A stretch of DNA of 64,000 nucleotides from an uncultured cyanobacterium (GCA_963710605.1 CAVQBA010000001.1:128001-192000), one strand, 5' to 3'. Shown: positions 1-13,745, counted from the stretch's first letter. Translations and numbers: made by a program. The notes: generated from the sequence alone by a model not told the origin.

Positions 1-70
1 TTTGCTCAAAATCTCCTTCGGCTAGACTTATCAAAGCTTGATTTAGATTTGCTTTTTCCTCAGAATTCAT
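1..70 (-). CDS. 5' end of a gene running off the left edge (MNSEEKANLNQALISLAEGDFEQ...)
   Basis: ATG at 70 on the minus strand, frame open to the window edge; too short to identify. Confidence 0.4.
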   Translation of the reverse strand, partial: MNSEEKANLNQALISLAEGDFEQ

Positions 71-471
71 TTCGGTTTTGGTTTGATAATAATCTATTGT
101 TGAAGTTTTACGATTACCTTGTGAAGGAAAGACATATACTTTTCTACCTAATAGTTCTGAAGGTGATAATTTATGATACATACAACTTTAAAATAACCAA
201 AAGATGGCGGAGCGATTTTTATATAACTGTAATATAACTTTACCGAGTTTTTAGTTCAGTCAATTTAGATACATTGAGTTGTCATTTATGAGAAAATGTC
301 AAGTACCAAAAGGATTAATCATCAGGAAGCGTACTTAGATTTAATTGTGAATAATTAAAGATTACTATTTAACGATCGATCGTTTGTCAATACTATTTGC
401 TTTATTTTTGGTTGCAACAATTACGATAAAATGCAATATATCAAGCAGATAATCATCAAATACAAACGATT

Positions 472-1587
472 ATGACTAAGCAAGGAAAAATAGGTGTAGC
501 GATTGTCGGTACAGGAATCGGCAAAAAAGTACATTTACCGGGGTTTCAAGTACATCCTGATACAGAAGTTGTTGCCATTTATAATCGTAATTTAGATCAA
601 GCAAAATCGATCGCTTCAGAATATAATATTGGCTTTGCTACTGATAAATTAGATGATCTTTATACTAATCCTGAAATAGATGTTGTTAGTATTACCACTC
701 CTCCTTTTCTCCATTATGATATGGCAAAACAGGCACTTTTAAATAATAAACATATTCTACTCGAAAAACCACTCAATTTAGATGCCTATCAAACTAGAGA
801 TTTATATCGTCTTGCCCAAGAAAGAAACTTGGTAGCGATGGCCGATTTTGAATTTCGTTTTATTCCCGCTTGGCAATTATTAGCTGAGTATTTACAACAA
901 GATTATGTTGGGCAGATACGCTTAATTAAAATTGATTGGTTAGTCACCTCTCGTGCTAACCCTGATAGAGCGTGGAATTGGTACTCATTAAAAGACAAAG
1001 GAGGAGGAGTATTAGGTGCAACTGGCTCTCATGCTTTTGATTATATTAGTTGGTTATTCGGTGAAATTAGCTCTATTTCCGGATATTTAGGCTGTGCTAT
1101 TAACCAGCGTCCTGATCCGCAAGATAACGATCGTTTAAAGCCCGTTACTGCTGATGATACCGCTTTGATTCTCTTAGAATTAGCTGATGGTACACCAGTT
1201 CAGATCAATTTAAGTTCAGTTACCTATCAAGGTAGAGGACATTATGTAGAAGTATATGGAGAAAAAGGAACATTAGTTTTAGGTAGTGATAACCTTAGTG
1301 ATTACGTGCATGGTTTTAAACTTTATGCAAGTCAAAATAACAATTCTTTACAAGAAATTGAAGTACCAACAAAATATACTTTTCCCGAAGTTTATAGTGA
1401 TGGTAGGATAGCACCTTTTATTCGTGTAGTCGATCGATTAGTGTCTAATATCAAAAACCAGACTAATGTATCGCCATCATTAAAAGATGGTATCTATTCA
1501 CAATTATTAATGGATTTAACTCATCAATCTCATCAACAAAAACAATGGTTGAGAGTACCAAAACTCAATGAATTTTTAGATATCTAA
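472..1587 (+). CDS. Gfo/Idh/MocA family NAD(P)-dependent oxidoreductase
   Basis: N-terminal GTGIG Rossmann motif, EKP motif, GGGVLG-GSHAFD. Confidence 0.9.
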   Translation: MTKQGKIGVAIVGTGIGKKVHLPGFQVHPDTEVVAIYNRNLDQAKSIASEYNIGFATDKLDDLYTNPEIDVVSITTPPFLHYDMAKQALLNNKHILLEKPLNLDAYQTRDLYRLAQERNLVAMADFEFRFIPAWQLLAEYLQQDYVGQIRLIKIDWLVTSRANPDRAWNWYSLKDKGGGVLGATGSHAFDYISWLFGEISSISGYLGCAINQRPDPQDNDRLKPVTADDTALILLELADGTPVQINLSSVTYQGRGHYVEVYGEKGTLVLGSDNLSDYVHGFKLYASQNNNSLQEIEVPTKYTFPEVYSDGRIAPFIRVVDRLVSNIKNQTNVSPSLKDGIYSQLLMDLTHQSHQQKQWLRVPKLNEFLDI

Positions 1588-1695
1588 TCTTGACAAATCA
1601 ATTATTATTGAAGATAAATTAAGAATCAATAGTTCATACTTAATACTAAGAGGAATTAAAAATAAAATAATCAATATTAATTGTTAATCATTAAT

Positions 1696-1789
1696 TATAG
1701 CGTTTCCCATCTTTATGAGGTACAGTTTATATTTGAAGCCTATAAGTTAGGGGATTAATATGTAATTCATAATACTAATAATTGCTATA
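1696..1789. repeat. MITE-like element with TATAGC...GCTATA termini
   Basis: Terminal TATAGCG/TGCTATA and subterminal ATGAGGTACA/TGTAATTCAT inverted repeats. Confidence 0.5.
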
Positions 1790-1926
1790 TTTTTATTTTT
1801 TACTTTAATTAATATTTTAATTCATCTGTTATAATTAACTTCGATCTGAAAACTGCTCAAGTAAAAAAATAAATATTAATTATCAATGTCCACCGCTATC
1901 AATTATTAATTAGAGGTATGAATTAA

Positions 1927-3088
1927 GTGAACAGTATCAAAAAATTAACCATCTTCTTGTTTATCTCCACATTATTAATAATTACTACATTTTCTGCAAG
2001 CCAACCGGTATTAACTCAATCTGCCTTTCCCGAAATAAGAGGAGTATGGTTAACGAAAAATGATACTGAAGTATTACTAGATCAACCTCGTTTAGCAACA
2101 ACTTTAACCGAGTTAGCCGAAGTTAATTTTAATACAATTTACCCCGTAGTCTGGAATTCAGGTTATGTATCTTACCCTTCACCAGTAGCATATAAAAGCA
2201 GGAATACAACCATTTGAAAGAAGAGGTTTTCAAAATCAAGACGTACTAGCCGAATTAGTTTACCACGGGCATAAAAATGGCTTATTAGTTATACCTTGGT
2301 TTGAATTTGGTTTTATGGCACCTCCTTCTTCAGAATTAGCACTTAAACATCCTCAATGGTTAACTAACCGTAAAGATGGTAGCAAAATTGGTAGTAGTGC
2401 CGCGGGGGAAGTTGTTTGGCTTAATCCTTTTCATCCACAAGTACAGCAATTTATCACCGATTTAGTTTTAGAAATTTGTACTCAATATCAAGTTGATGGT
2501 ATTCAATTTGATGATCAAATGTCTTTACCTGTAGATTTTGGCTATGACAATTATACCAAAGCGTTGTATAAAGAAGAAACAAAACAAGATGCCCCAGCAA
2601 ATGAGAAAGACGAAGACTGGGTAAAGTGGCGTGCAGATAAACTAACTACTTTTATGGTAAGTTTGAACAAACAAATAAAAGAGAGAAAACCCAATCTAAT
2701 TTTTTCTGTCGCACCTAATCCTTATTTCACTGCTTATAATACATATTTACAAGACTGGAAAGCGTGGATTGAAAAAGATATTGTTGATGAATTAATTGTC
2801 CAAATTTATCGCCCCAGTATTAACAGTTTTATCAATGAATTAAACAGCCCAGAAATTAAATTTGCTAAAAGCAAAATTCCTACAGGTGTTGGTATTTTAA
2901 CAGGTTTAAGAAATAATCCTACCTCGATTAATTTAATTGATGATAAAGTTCGTATCTCTCGTAGGTATGGTTTTGGAGTATCTTTTTTCTATTACGAAAC
3001 TTTATGGCAAAATGCTAATGATGAGGATAATGATTTACGTAAATCAGTTGTTAGTGCTTTATTTTATAATCCTCAACCTCGAATATAA
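1927..3088 (+). CDS. Glycoside hydrolase-like family 10 (DUF187/GHL10) protein, split by one frameshift near 2195
   Basis: EIRGVWL, FNTIYPVVWN, IPWFEFG (gap frame), WLNPFHPQV, DGIQFDD; removing one A joins the two ORFs. Confidence 0.85.
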
Positions 3089-3678
3089 AGTTATTTCTCA
3101 ATCAAGAAATAATTGATGAATTATATTTACTTAAAGTTAGAATACTTTTGTCTTTATAGTTTTATTTGTTTCAAAGAATATAGTTGTTTTGTTGTTTTTC
3201 TTGATAAGGATTAAGTTGCTAAATCATATTTGAATACTAATTATCGATTGAACTAAAATTAACAATATAAACGATTAGTTTTTGCTTGATTTCAGCGATT
3301 ATATTAATTAGTAAAAAAGAAGACTCGCTAAAAATAAATATTTTTTGTTCAAACTAATTGTCTTAATTCTCAAAAAAGTAAATAACTACTGTAACTATTC
3401 TTGGTGATTTATTTATTAGCTGTTAATATTCTCAAACTTTATAGATACTTAAGCTAATCGTCAATAGTAAAATAGTGTTTAACGATCGATATTTGACTAG
3501 ATAGATAAACTTCTTTATTATTTATTGTCATCGATAAAAGATAAATATAAATCAAGATTGTACATCAAAAAAAACTAATTGGTAATCAAAAAAAATCCTG
3601 CTTATAATATAATTTCGAGTAACGACAACTGAAAATATTTTATTAAGTAATTTTGTGATTTATTTTGACAAATTATTA

Positions 3679-3784
3679 TATAGCAGAGAATGAGTTGGTT
3701 AGGACAAATGTAAAAACCAAAACTATTAATCTATAAGTATTCTACCTTTGCCCCTTGCCCCTTGCCCCTTGCCCTTTGCTATAT
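3679..3784. repeat. MITE-like element carrying TTGCCCC heptamer repeats
   Basis: TATAGCA...TGCTATA ends; the left end is the near-perfect reverse complement of 59163-59190. Confidence 0.5.
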
Positions 3785-3989
3785 TATATTGATTAAGACA
3801 ACTATAACTATCGGGCTAAATCATTTGTGAAAAATTAACTAATAATTGAAAGTAATAAAATTATTAAATATATTGAATCATTACTTAAGCACTTCCTCTT
3901 GCTAACAATTATGAGCAAAAAATTATAATCTTAGTATTATTAAATAATAACTAAGAAAAAAGAGTTAAAAAACGGTAGTCGTATTAATC

Positions 3990-6900
3990 ATGGATTATTC
4001 TCAAAAAAAGTGTATTGATCAACTATTTGAAGAACGAGTAGTTAAAACGCCTGATAACATAGCACTAGTTTTAGAATCACAAACCATCACTTATCGACAA
4101 CTAAATCACAAAGCTAACAAAATAGCACATTATTTACGACAGCAAGGTGTAGAGAAAGAAACATTAGTTGGTATCTATACAGATGGTTCATCATTTGAGA
4201 TGATTATTGCTATACTGGCGATTCTTAAAGCCGGCGCGGCTTATGTACCGATCGATTCTCAATATCCTCGTGCTAGAATTAACTTTATCTTAGAAGATGC
4301 TGATATCAACATCTTATTAACGACTCAATCTGGTGTTGATACATCTATCATTGAAAAACCACTGACAATTATTTGTCTTGATGATAACCCAGAGATAATT
4401 CAATGCAATCAGGATAATTTGGATGTCAGTATTAATGGAGACAACCTTGCCTATTTAATTTATACCTCAGGAAGCACAGGCAAACCTAAAGGAGTTTTAA
4501 TCCCTCATCGTGGTGTAGTGCGTTTAGTTAAGGAGACAAACTATGTCAATATCACTAGTGAAGATGTCTTTTTGCAAACCGCCTCAGTTAGTTTTGATGC
4601 AGCAACTTTTGAAATCTGGGGTAGTCTGCTTAACGGTGGTAAATTAGTCTTACTGCCAACTACCAAACCAAGTATTGCTGAAATAGCCAGAGTGATTCAA
4701 AGCGAAAAAATCAGCATCGCTTGGTTTACAGCGGGATTATTTAATTTAATTATAGATCAAGATGTAAATGCTCTTTCTAGATTGAAAACATTGTTGGTGG
4801 GAGGCGAAGCATTATCAGTTAATCATATTCGACGTGGATTAATTAATATGCCCAATACCAAAATCATAAATGGTTATGGTCCTACTGAAAATACGACTTT
4901 TACTTGTACATATGATATTCCTCGAATCTTAGACTTTTCATTATCTTCGATTCCTATTGGTAAGGCAATTAATCAGACACAGGTGTATATTTTAAATGAG
5001 CAACTTGAATCTGTAACAGTAGGAGTAGTTGGTGAATTATATACAGGTGGAGAAGGATTAGCCAGAGGTTATCTTAATCGTCCTGAATTAACTACTCAAA
5101 AATTTATCACTAATCCTTATGGAGAAGGAAGGTTATATAAAACGGGAGATTTAGTTAAATACTTAGCTGATGGTAATATCGAATTTATTGGGCGTGTTGA
5201 TAATCAAGTAAAGGTGCGAGGATTTCGCATTGAGTTAGAAGAAGTTGAGCGTACTATACAACAACATCCCCAGATAGAAGATGCGGTGGTTATTTGTCGA
5301 GAAGATAATCAAGGGGAGAGTTATTTGGCTAGTTATCTGGTTAGGAAAAACGATTCAGTTTTAGAGATTCAACAATTAAGACAAGATTTAGCTCAAAAAT
5401 TACCGCAATATATGGTGCCGACAGGTTTTGTTTTTCTAGATAGTTTTCCTTTGACGACTAACGCTAAGGTAGATAAAAAAGCTTTAAAAGAAATAGAGAT
5501 AACTTTCGAACGTACAAAAGAACTAGTATTACCACAAACAGAAACTCAAACCAAGTTACTAGCAATTTGGCGACAAGTTTTAGGTATTGATGAGATTAGT
5601 GTTGAGGATGACTTTTTTATTTTAGGAGGGCATTCATTAAAAGCCGCCCAAATTTTGTCTCGGATTCGAGATGAGTGGGGTGTAGATTTACCTATCTCGA
5701 TCGTTTTTAATTACAAAGAGGCTGTAGTATCTGCAATTAGTATAGCACGATTAATTGACCAAAAAATTTCGACTACAGAAATTAGTAAGATTGGTAATAC
5801 GATTAAAGCGAATCAGAGTAATGATTTACCTTTGAGTATTTATCAACAAAGAATTTGGTTACTGGCAAAACAAGCAGATCAACATCCGATTCATAATTTA
5901 CCAAGGGCTTTTCGAGTTGTTGGTAATCTTAATGTGGAGTTTTTAGCAGTTGCATTGAAGCAAATTGTCGAAAGACATTCATCTTTAAGAACAATTTTTC
6001 CAATTGTTAACCAGTTACCCGTGCAACGTATTTTGCCAACAGTAAAATTAACTTTATCAACACAAGTAGTTGATTTAAATGAAGAGACGAGAAGAAAACT
6101 ACCTACTTTAGATAAGCAAGAGGAAACAACTCAAGGAAGAAAACTACTTAATTTCAATCAAGAAGATGAAGATGGTACTCAAGGAAGAAAACTACCTGCT
6201 TTAGATAAGCAAGAAGAAGCAAGTCAAGGAAGAAAACTACTTAATTTCAATCAAGAAGATGAGATAAGCAAGAAGAAGCAAGTCAAGGAAGAAAACTACT
6301 TAATTTCAATCAAGAAGATGAAGATGGTACTCAAGGAAGAAAACTACCTGCTTTAGATAAGAAAGAGGAAACAACTCAAGGAAGAAAACTACTGAATTTC
6401 AATCAAGAAGATGAAGATGGTACTCAAGGAAGAAAACTACCGACTTTAGATAAGCAAGAAGAAACAACTCAAGGAAGAAAACTACTGAATTTCAATCAAG
6501 AAGATGAAGATGGTACTCAAGGAAGAAAACTACCTACTTTAGATAAGCAAGAAGAAACAACTCAAGGAAGAAAACCACTTAATTTCAATCAAAATAAGGA
6601 AACCGAAAAAGAATTACTAATTACTAATTTATTGAAGGAAGAAGCAACTCGTTATTTTGACTTATCTCAAGAAGTAGGTATAAGGGCGAAGCTATTACAA
6701 TTAGGTGAAGATGAATATATATTGATCATTACCCTTCATCATATTATTAGTGATGGTTGGTCGATTGAAATTTTGTTACAAGAATTATCGACTATCTATA
6801 CAGCTTTAGTTAACAATCATCAAATTGAGTTACCAACTATTGAAATTGATTATGGTGATTTTACTCTTTGGTTAGAAGAAGAAAGAAAACAGACAGACAA

Positions 6901-9900
6901 ACAAAACGAGGTATTACAATACTGGCAACAACAACTAAAAGATGTACCTAGTTTGTTAAAACTACAAAACGCTCGTCTTCGCCCTCGCCGACAAACGTTT
7001 AATGGTAGTGTTCAACATTTTACGATCGATACTCAATTAACAACTAAAATAAATTTATTAAGCCAAGATACTCGCACTTCAGTATTTATGGTATTAATCG
7101 CCGCCTTTTTTATTTTGATGCACCGTTATAGTAATCAAGATTCTATTGTTATCGGCACACCAATTGCTAAACGTTTTGATAGCAACTTAGAAAAGATGAT
7201 TGGTTGTTTGATTGATGTTATCCCTTTACGTAGTGATATTGAAGATAATCCTACCTTTGCCGATTTTTTAACCAAAGTCAAACAAGTTTGTTTAGATACT
7301 TATCAGTATGCTGATTTTCCTCTAGAGAAACTACTCTCTAAGCAAACAAAACAGTTAGGAAACTTCAGCCAAAGCCAAGGGCGAGACATGAGTTATTCTC
7401 CTTGGTTTCAAGTCGTATTTAACGTTTTGAATATGCCTCAAACTAATTTACAACTACCTAATTTAGAAATAAGTGACTTATCACAACAAATCAATAAAGG
7501 TAGTGCCAACTTTGACATGATGGTATCGGTGACGGAAAAAAAAGGGCGATTACAAGGAACGATCGAATATAATACAGATATTTATGATGATGATGTTATT
7601 ACTCGTTTAATCCGACATTGGCAAACCTTACTTTTTAATATCACTAACGATACCCAAAAGAAAGTCAAAAATTACTCTATCTTAACTCCAGCCGAAAGTA
7701 ACCAACTTTTAAATCAAATTAATCAAACTACAGATAACTATTCTCTTAAAAAAGATACTGTACCAGAATTATTTGCCCAACAAGTAATCCAGACACCAGA
7801 TAATATAGCAGTAGTTTTTGAAGGGCGAAAACTAACTTATAGTCAACTCAATCAACAAGCCAATCAACTTGCTCATCACTTACAAGAATTAGGAGTACAA
7901 GATGGTGTCTTAGTAGGAGTATATCTCGATCGATCGACCTTATTGATTATAACTCTTTTAGCGATACTAAAAGCCAGAGGAGCATATTTACCTTTAGATA
8001 TAAATTATCCCGCTCAACGTTTAGCCTATATTATCGATAACGCCCAAGTCTCTATTATTATCAGTGAGAGTGAAACCTCATTATCTTCAATTTTACCGCC
8101 AGATAACGATCGAATTAGAATCATTAACCCTAATGACGATAACCTAAAATCAAAATCGGTTGAGAATCTTCCTTCATCTTCGGCAAAAATGGATAACCTT
8201 GCTTATGTTATTTATACCTCAGGAAGTACAGGAAAACCCAAAGGCGTAGAAATCGAACATCATAATTTAACTAATCTACTAACTGCCTTTAAACAAAAAC
8301 TACAAATTACAAAAGAAGATAGATGGTTATCAGTGACAACTATCTCCTTTGATATTGCCGCCTTAGAAATATTTTTACCCTTAATTACGGGGGCGACTCT
8401 TCATTTAGTTAGTCAAGAAACTGCCCGTGATGGGATAAGTTTACTCAATCAAATAAAAGAATCTTCCCCGACTTTCCTTCAAGCCACACCTACTACATGG
8501 CAAATATTACTTTCAGCAGGATGGAAAGGTAGCCCACAACTAACAGCTTTAATTGGAGGAGAAGCTTTATCGGTAAATTTAGCTGAGCAATTATTACCGA
8601 AAGTTTTATCATTATATAATGTCTATGGACCTACAGAAACCACGATTTGGTCATTAACTAATCATATCACCACCGCCGAGTCACCCATAACTATAGGTAA
8701 ACCGATTGCTAATACTCAGGTTTATATTTTAGATAAACAAATGCAACCTCTACCTATTGGTATCATCGGGGAATTATATATCGGTGGAGACGGAGTAGCT
8801 AGAGGTTATCGTCGTTTACCTCAACTAACCGCCGAAAAATTTATTCTTAATCCTTTTATCCAGACAGAATCAGTAAAGACAACAAATGTATCACCTTTAT
8901 TATATAAAACAGGAGATAATGCCCGTTATTTAGCTAATGGCGAAATAGAATTTATCGGTAGAATTGATAATCAAGTAAAAGTACGAGGTTTTCGGATTGA
9001 GTTAGGAGAAATAGAAACAACTCTTACTCAACATCCTGATATTAATCAAGCATTAGTTACTGTTACTCAAAATAGTGGAGGAGAAAAACAACTCGTCGCT
9101 TATCTAGTTTCTTCTACAGTAGTAACTTTAACTAGTAAAAAAGTCAGAATCTTCCTTGAAGATAAGTTACCTGAATATATGATACCCGTAGGTTTTTTCT
9201 TTTTGAATCAATTTCCTCTTACTCCTAATGGCAAGATAGATAGAAAGTCATTACCGAAGATAGATTTATCTCTTAAACGAGAAGTTGATTTTGTTGCACC
9301 AAATAATACCACCCAAATAAAGTTAGTTGAAATTTGGCAAGAAGTTTTAGGTATCGAAAGTATCGGCATTAATGATAACTTTTTTAGCTTAGGAGGTAAT
9401 TCGTTACTAGCAACTCAAGTTATTGTCAGAGTCAGAAATATTTTTCAGATAATAGAGTTAGCTTTGTCTTACCTATTTGAATTACCCACAATTGCCCAAC
9501 TAACACCACAAATTGAGCAGAAACAAAAATCAAGTATCAGCGATTCAATCACAATAGAAGTAGTTGATAGAGACGAAAAAAATAAATTTCCACTTTCGTT
9601 TGCCCAAGAAAGACTATGGTTTATCAATCAACTAGAAGGCAGTAACCCTGTCTATAATATTTCGACGGTTAGTAAAATCTTTGGTGAATTAAATATTGAG
9701 GCATTAAAACAAGCGATTACTCACCTTATTAATCGTCATGAGTCTTTACGCACAAACTTTATTAATCAAGAAGGAAAACCATACGTTAAAATTCATTCTA
9801 CGATCGAATTACCTTTAACTGTGATTAATCAGTCAAATAATCGACCCTTCGTTACACAAAATGTGCAATTTGTCAAGCAAAAAAATAAAATAAAATTTAA

Positions 9901-12900
9901 TCTCGAAAACGATCGATTAATCGACTTTACTTTAATTCAAACCTCAGCAAAAGAGAATATATTAATCATCGTCATTCATCATATTATCAGTGATGGTTGG
10001 TCGATGGGAATCATCACCCAAGAGTTAGCCCAACTTTATCAACAATATCACCACCAAGACTCACAATCATCTTTTTCTCCTTTGCCATCATTACCAATCC
10101 AATATCTCGATTATGGAAAGTGGCAAAAAGAATATCTATCAGGAGAAATTTTTACTCACCAATTAAACTACTGGCAAAAACAATTAGCTGATATTCCACC
10201 CTTACTAGATTTACCTACTGATTATCCTCGCCCTAAAGAGCAAACTTATCAAGGTGAATCGGTAGCAATTAATTTACCTGTACAGTTGCAACTACGGTTA
10301 AAACAAATAAGCAAAAATCAAAATGCTACTTTATATATGACTGTGTTAGCTGTATTTAGTATTTTGTTATCAAGATATAGCAATCAAGAAGATATTGTCA
10401 TTGGCACACCGATTGCTAACCGAAATTATTCCCAGTGTGAAGGAATAGTTGGTTTTTTTGCTAATACCCAAGCATTGAGAATTGATTTGACTAATAATCC
10501 TAACTTTGCTGATTTACTGTTTCAAGTTAAGCGAGTAGTTTTAGAAGCCAGTCAACATCAAGATATACCTTTTGAAAAACTGGTAGAGAAACTTAATCCT
10601 GTTAGAAGTTTAAGTCATAACCCTATATTTCAGGTAATGTTAGCTTGGGATAATACTCCCATTAAAGAGGAAAAATGGTCATCAGAAATAACTGTTACTA
10701 GTCAAGTATTAGATAGCCGACTAATTAATACCGCCAAGTTTGATTTGTCTTTAGCATTTAGAGAAACAGAAGACACGATAATAGGTATCTTTAATTATAA
10801 TACTGATTTATTTACACGAGAAACGATTGATCGAATGAGTGAACATTTCCAAGTATTATTATCAGCAATCGTCGATAACCCTCAACAACCAATCTCATCT
10901 TTACCATTACTAGCTAAAACCGAAACTCAACAAATCCTAATTGATTGGAATCAAACTCAATCTAATTATCCTCAAGATAAATGTATTCATCAACTTTTTG
11001 AAGCACAAGTAGTTCAAACACCTGATAATATAGCACTAGTTTTAGCATCACAAACCATAACTTACCGACAATTAAATCACAAAGCCAACAAAATCGCCCA
11101 TTACCTCCAAAACAAAGGTGTAGAAAAAGAAACATTAGTCGGTATCTATACAGATGGCTCATCGTTTGAGATGATAATAGCTATGCTCGGTATTCTTAAA
11201 GCAGAATGTGCTTATGTACCGATCGATTCTCAATACCCTCGTGCTAGAATTAACTTCATCTTAGAAGATGCTGATATCAACATCTTACTAACGACTCAAT
11301 CTTCTCTTGATACCTCAATTATTGAAAAACCCCTGACAATTATTAATCTTGATGATAATCCAGAAATTATTCAATGCAATCAAGATAATCTAGATACCAG
11401 TATTAATGGAGATAACCTTGCCTATTTAATTTATACCTCAGGAAGCACAGGCAAACCCAAAGGAGTTTTAATCCCTCACCGTGGTGTAGTGCGTTTAGTC
11501 AAGGATACAAACTATGTCAATATCACTAGTGAAGATGTCTTTTCCCAAACCGCCTCAGTCAGTTTTGATGCGGCAACTTTTGAAATCTGGGGTAGTCTGC
11601 TTAACGGAAGTAAATTAGTCTTACTGCCAACTTCCAAACCAAGTATTGCTGAAATAGCTAGAGTAATTCAAACACAAAAAGTTACTATTTTGTGGTTAAC
11701 TTCAGGATTATTCAATTTAATTGTTGATGAGCAAATAGACTCTCTAAGCTGTGTTAAGCAAATATACACGGGGGGAGAGGTTATGTTACTTTCTCAAGCA
11801 AAAAAAGCCCAAAAACACTTACCACAGACTCAAATAAACAATGTCTATGGACCGACTGAAAATACAACTTTTACGACTTTTTATCCCTTACCTTCCCAAA
11901 CATCATTACCATCAATTGTACCTATAGGTAAGCCTATCAATCAGACACAAGTATATATTCTTAATCATCATCATCAACTAAACCCGATTGGGGTAGAAGG
12001 AGAGTTATACATCGGTGGAGATGGTTTGGCTAGAGGATATTTAAATCGCCCTGAATTAACTGCCAAAAAATTTATTAATAATCCTTTTGGAGAAGGAAAA
12101 CTATATAAAACAGGAGACAGAGTTAAGTATTTAGCAAATGGTAATATCGAGTTTGTTGGTAGAATTGATAATCAAGTGAAGGTGCGAGGATTTCGCATTG
12201 AGTTAGCTGAAATTGAAACAGTTTTAAATCAACATCTACTTATAGAAGAAGCAGTAGTAATAATTCAACAAAATTCACCTTCAAATAAATATTTAACAGC
12301 TTATTTAAAATCTGGGCAACAATTAAAGTTAGCTGAAGTTAAAGATTATTTAGAGCAAAAATTGCCTAATTATATGATACCTTCAGCATTTATTTTTGTG
12401 GAAGAGTTTCCGCTAACAGCGAATGGAAAAATAGATAAAAAAGCTTTACCATTACCTCAGTTTACTAGCAATAATCAAACATATCTTGCACCTGAGAATG
12501 AGATAGAAAGTCAATTAGTCGTTATTTGGCAAAATGTTTTAAAAGTAGAAAAAATCGGCATTAATGACAACTTCTTTGATTTAGGAGGGCATTCTTTATT
12601 GGCTACACAATTAGTTTCCCGAATTACTCAAAATTGGCAAATAGAAGTACCTTTAAAAATTATTTTTGAAAAGCCAAGTGTTAAACAAATTGCGGTTTAT
12701 TTAGACCAAAAACTACAAAATCCAACTGATTTTAAACCTTATAATAATCAGAACAAATCAGTAATTATTATTAACGATCGTGGTACTAAAACTCCATTAT
12801 ATTTTATTAACTCGACTGCTGTGGCTTATAATCTTAATAAATATCTACCAGATAATCAGCCTTTTTATAGTATTAATATATTTAGCTTAACTAATAGGAC

Positions 12901-13519
12901 AAAAAAGCCTTTTGAACAACTAACAATTAGTGATTTTGCCGAATATTTAGTTAAAGATTTATCAGATTTTCAAGATAGTAAAAACTATAGTTTGATCGGT
13001 TTTTGTCAAGATGGGGCATTAACGTTAGAAATTGCTCAGCAACTTCAAGCAAGAGGATATAATATTGATTTCCTCGGATTAGTAGATGTTCTTTTTTATC
13101 GAGAAAAAATCAAGCTTACCGATCGTTTAAAAATGATTAAAACATTTAAAGCTAACTATTTTAGCTCAAGATTAAAAATGTATGCGGATAATATTTTCAA
13201 AAAAGTTAATGAATTTAAACAAGTAATAAATAATCCAGTTATTGATCAAGAAATATCCGCTTTTGAGAAATTAGAATTAGATAAACAATTATACAAATTT
13301 TATCGTCAGGCGGTAGAAAGATATGAACCAACTATTTATCAGGGAAAAATCAACTCTTTTTTATCTCAAGAATTTTGTTTAGGAGATTTATCAAAACTAG
13401 AAGCGATCGCACCTAATAATTTAGAAGTATGTAAAATAGATAGTTTACATAAGACTTTCTTTCAAGAGCCTTATATTCAATTATTTTCTGATAAGCTAAT
13501 TGACTATCTGGATAATTAA
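3990..13519 (+). CDS. Three-module NRPS (A-T-C-A-T-C-A-T-TE), split into two ORFs by a frameshift in an internal tandem repeat
   Basis: Three A domains (YTSGSTGKPKG, YGPTE, YKTGD), three T domains (LGGHSL/LGGNSL), two C domains (HHIISDGWS), terminal thioesterase; adding 34 bp in the repeat puts both ORFs in frame. Confidence 0.9.
6085..6600 (+). repeat. Coding tandem repeat, 93-bp (48+45) unit, about 5.5 copies, in NRPS C domain 1
   Basis: Core A(C/G)TCAAGGAAGAAAAC at 6129, 6177, 6222, 6281, 6329, 6374, 6422, 6467, 6515, 6560. Confidence 0.95.
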
Positions 13520-13745
13520 TAATTCACAATAAAACTATTTATTAGCTAAAATATGAACAGTGAATTAGTTATTATATATATCCTTCAAGAAATCGAAAAA
13601 TATATTTAGTAAGATTGGTAAGTATAATCACTTAAGTAATTTTGAGCAAGTTTTTATGAAGCTCAGACATTGGCAAGCAACCATCAACTATTAACTATAA
13701 AATAGTAAGAATAACTTTCTTTTTCTGTACCTAGTAATAATTATC

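Noticed and set aside
6085-6600. Possible second CRISPR array (constant core with intervening segments)
   Set aside because: The intervening segments alternate between two near-identical sequences with codon-multiple periods inside an NRPS gene; it is a coding tandem repeat.
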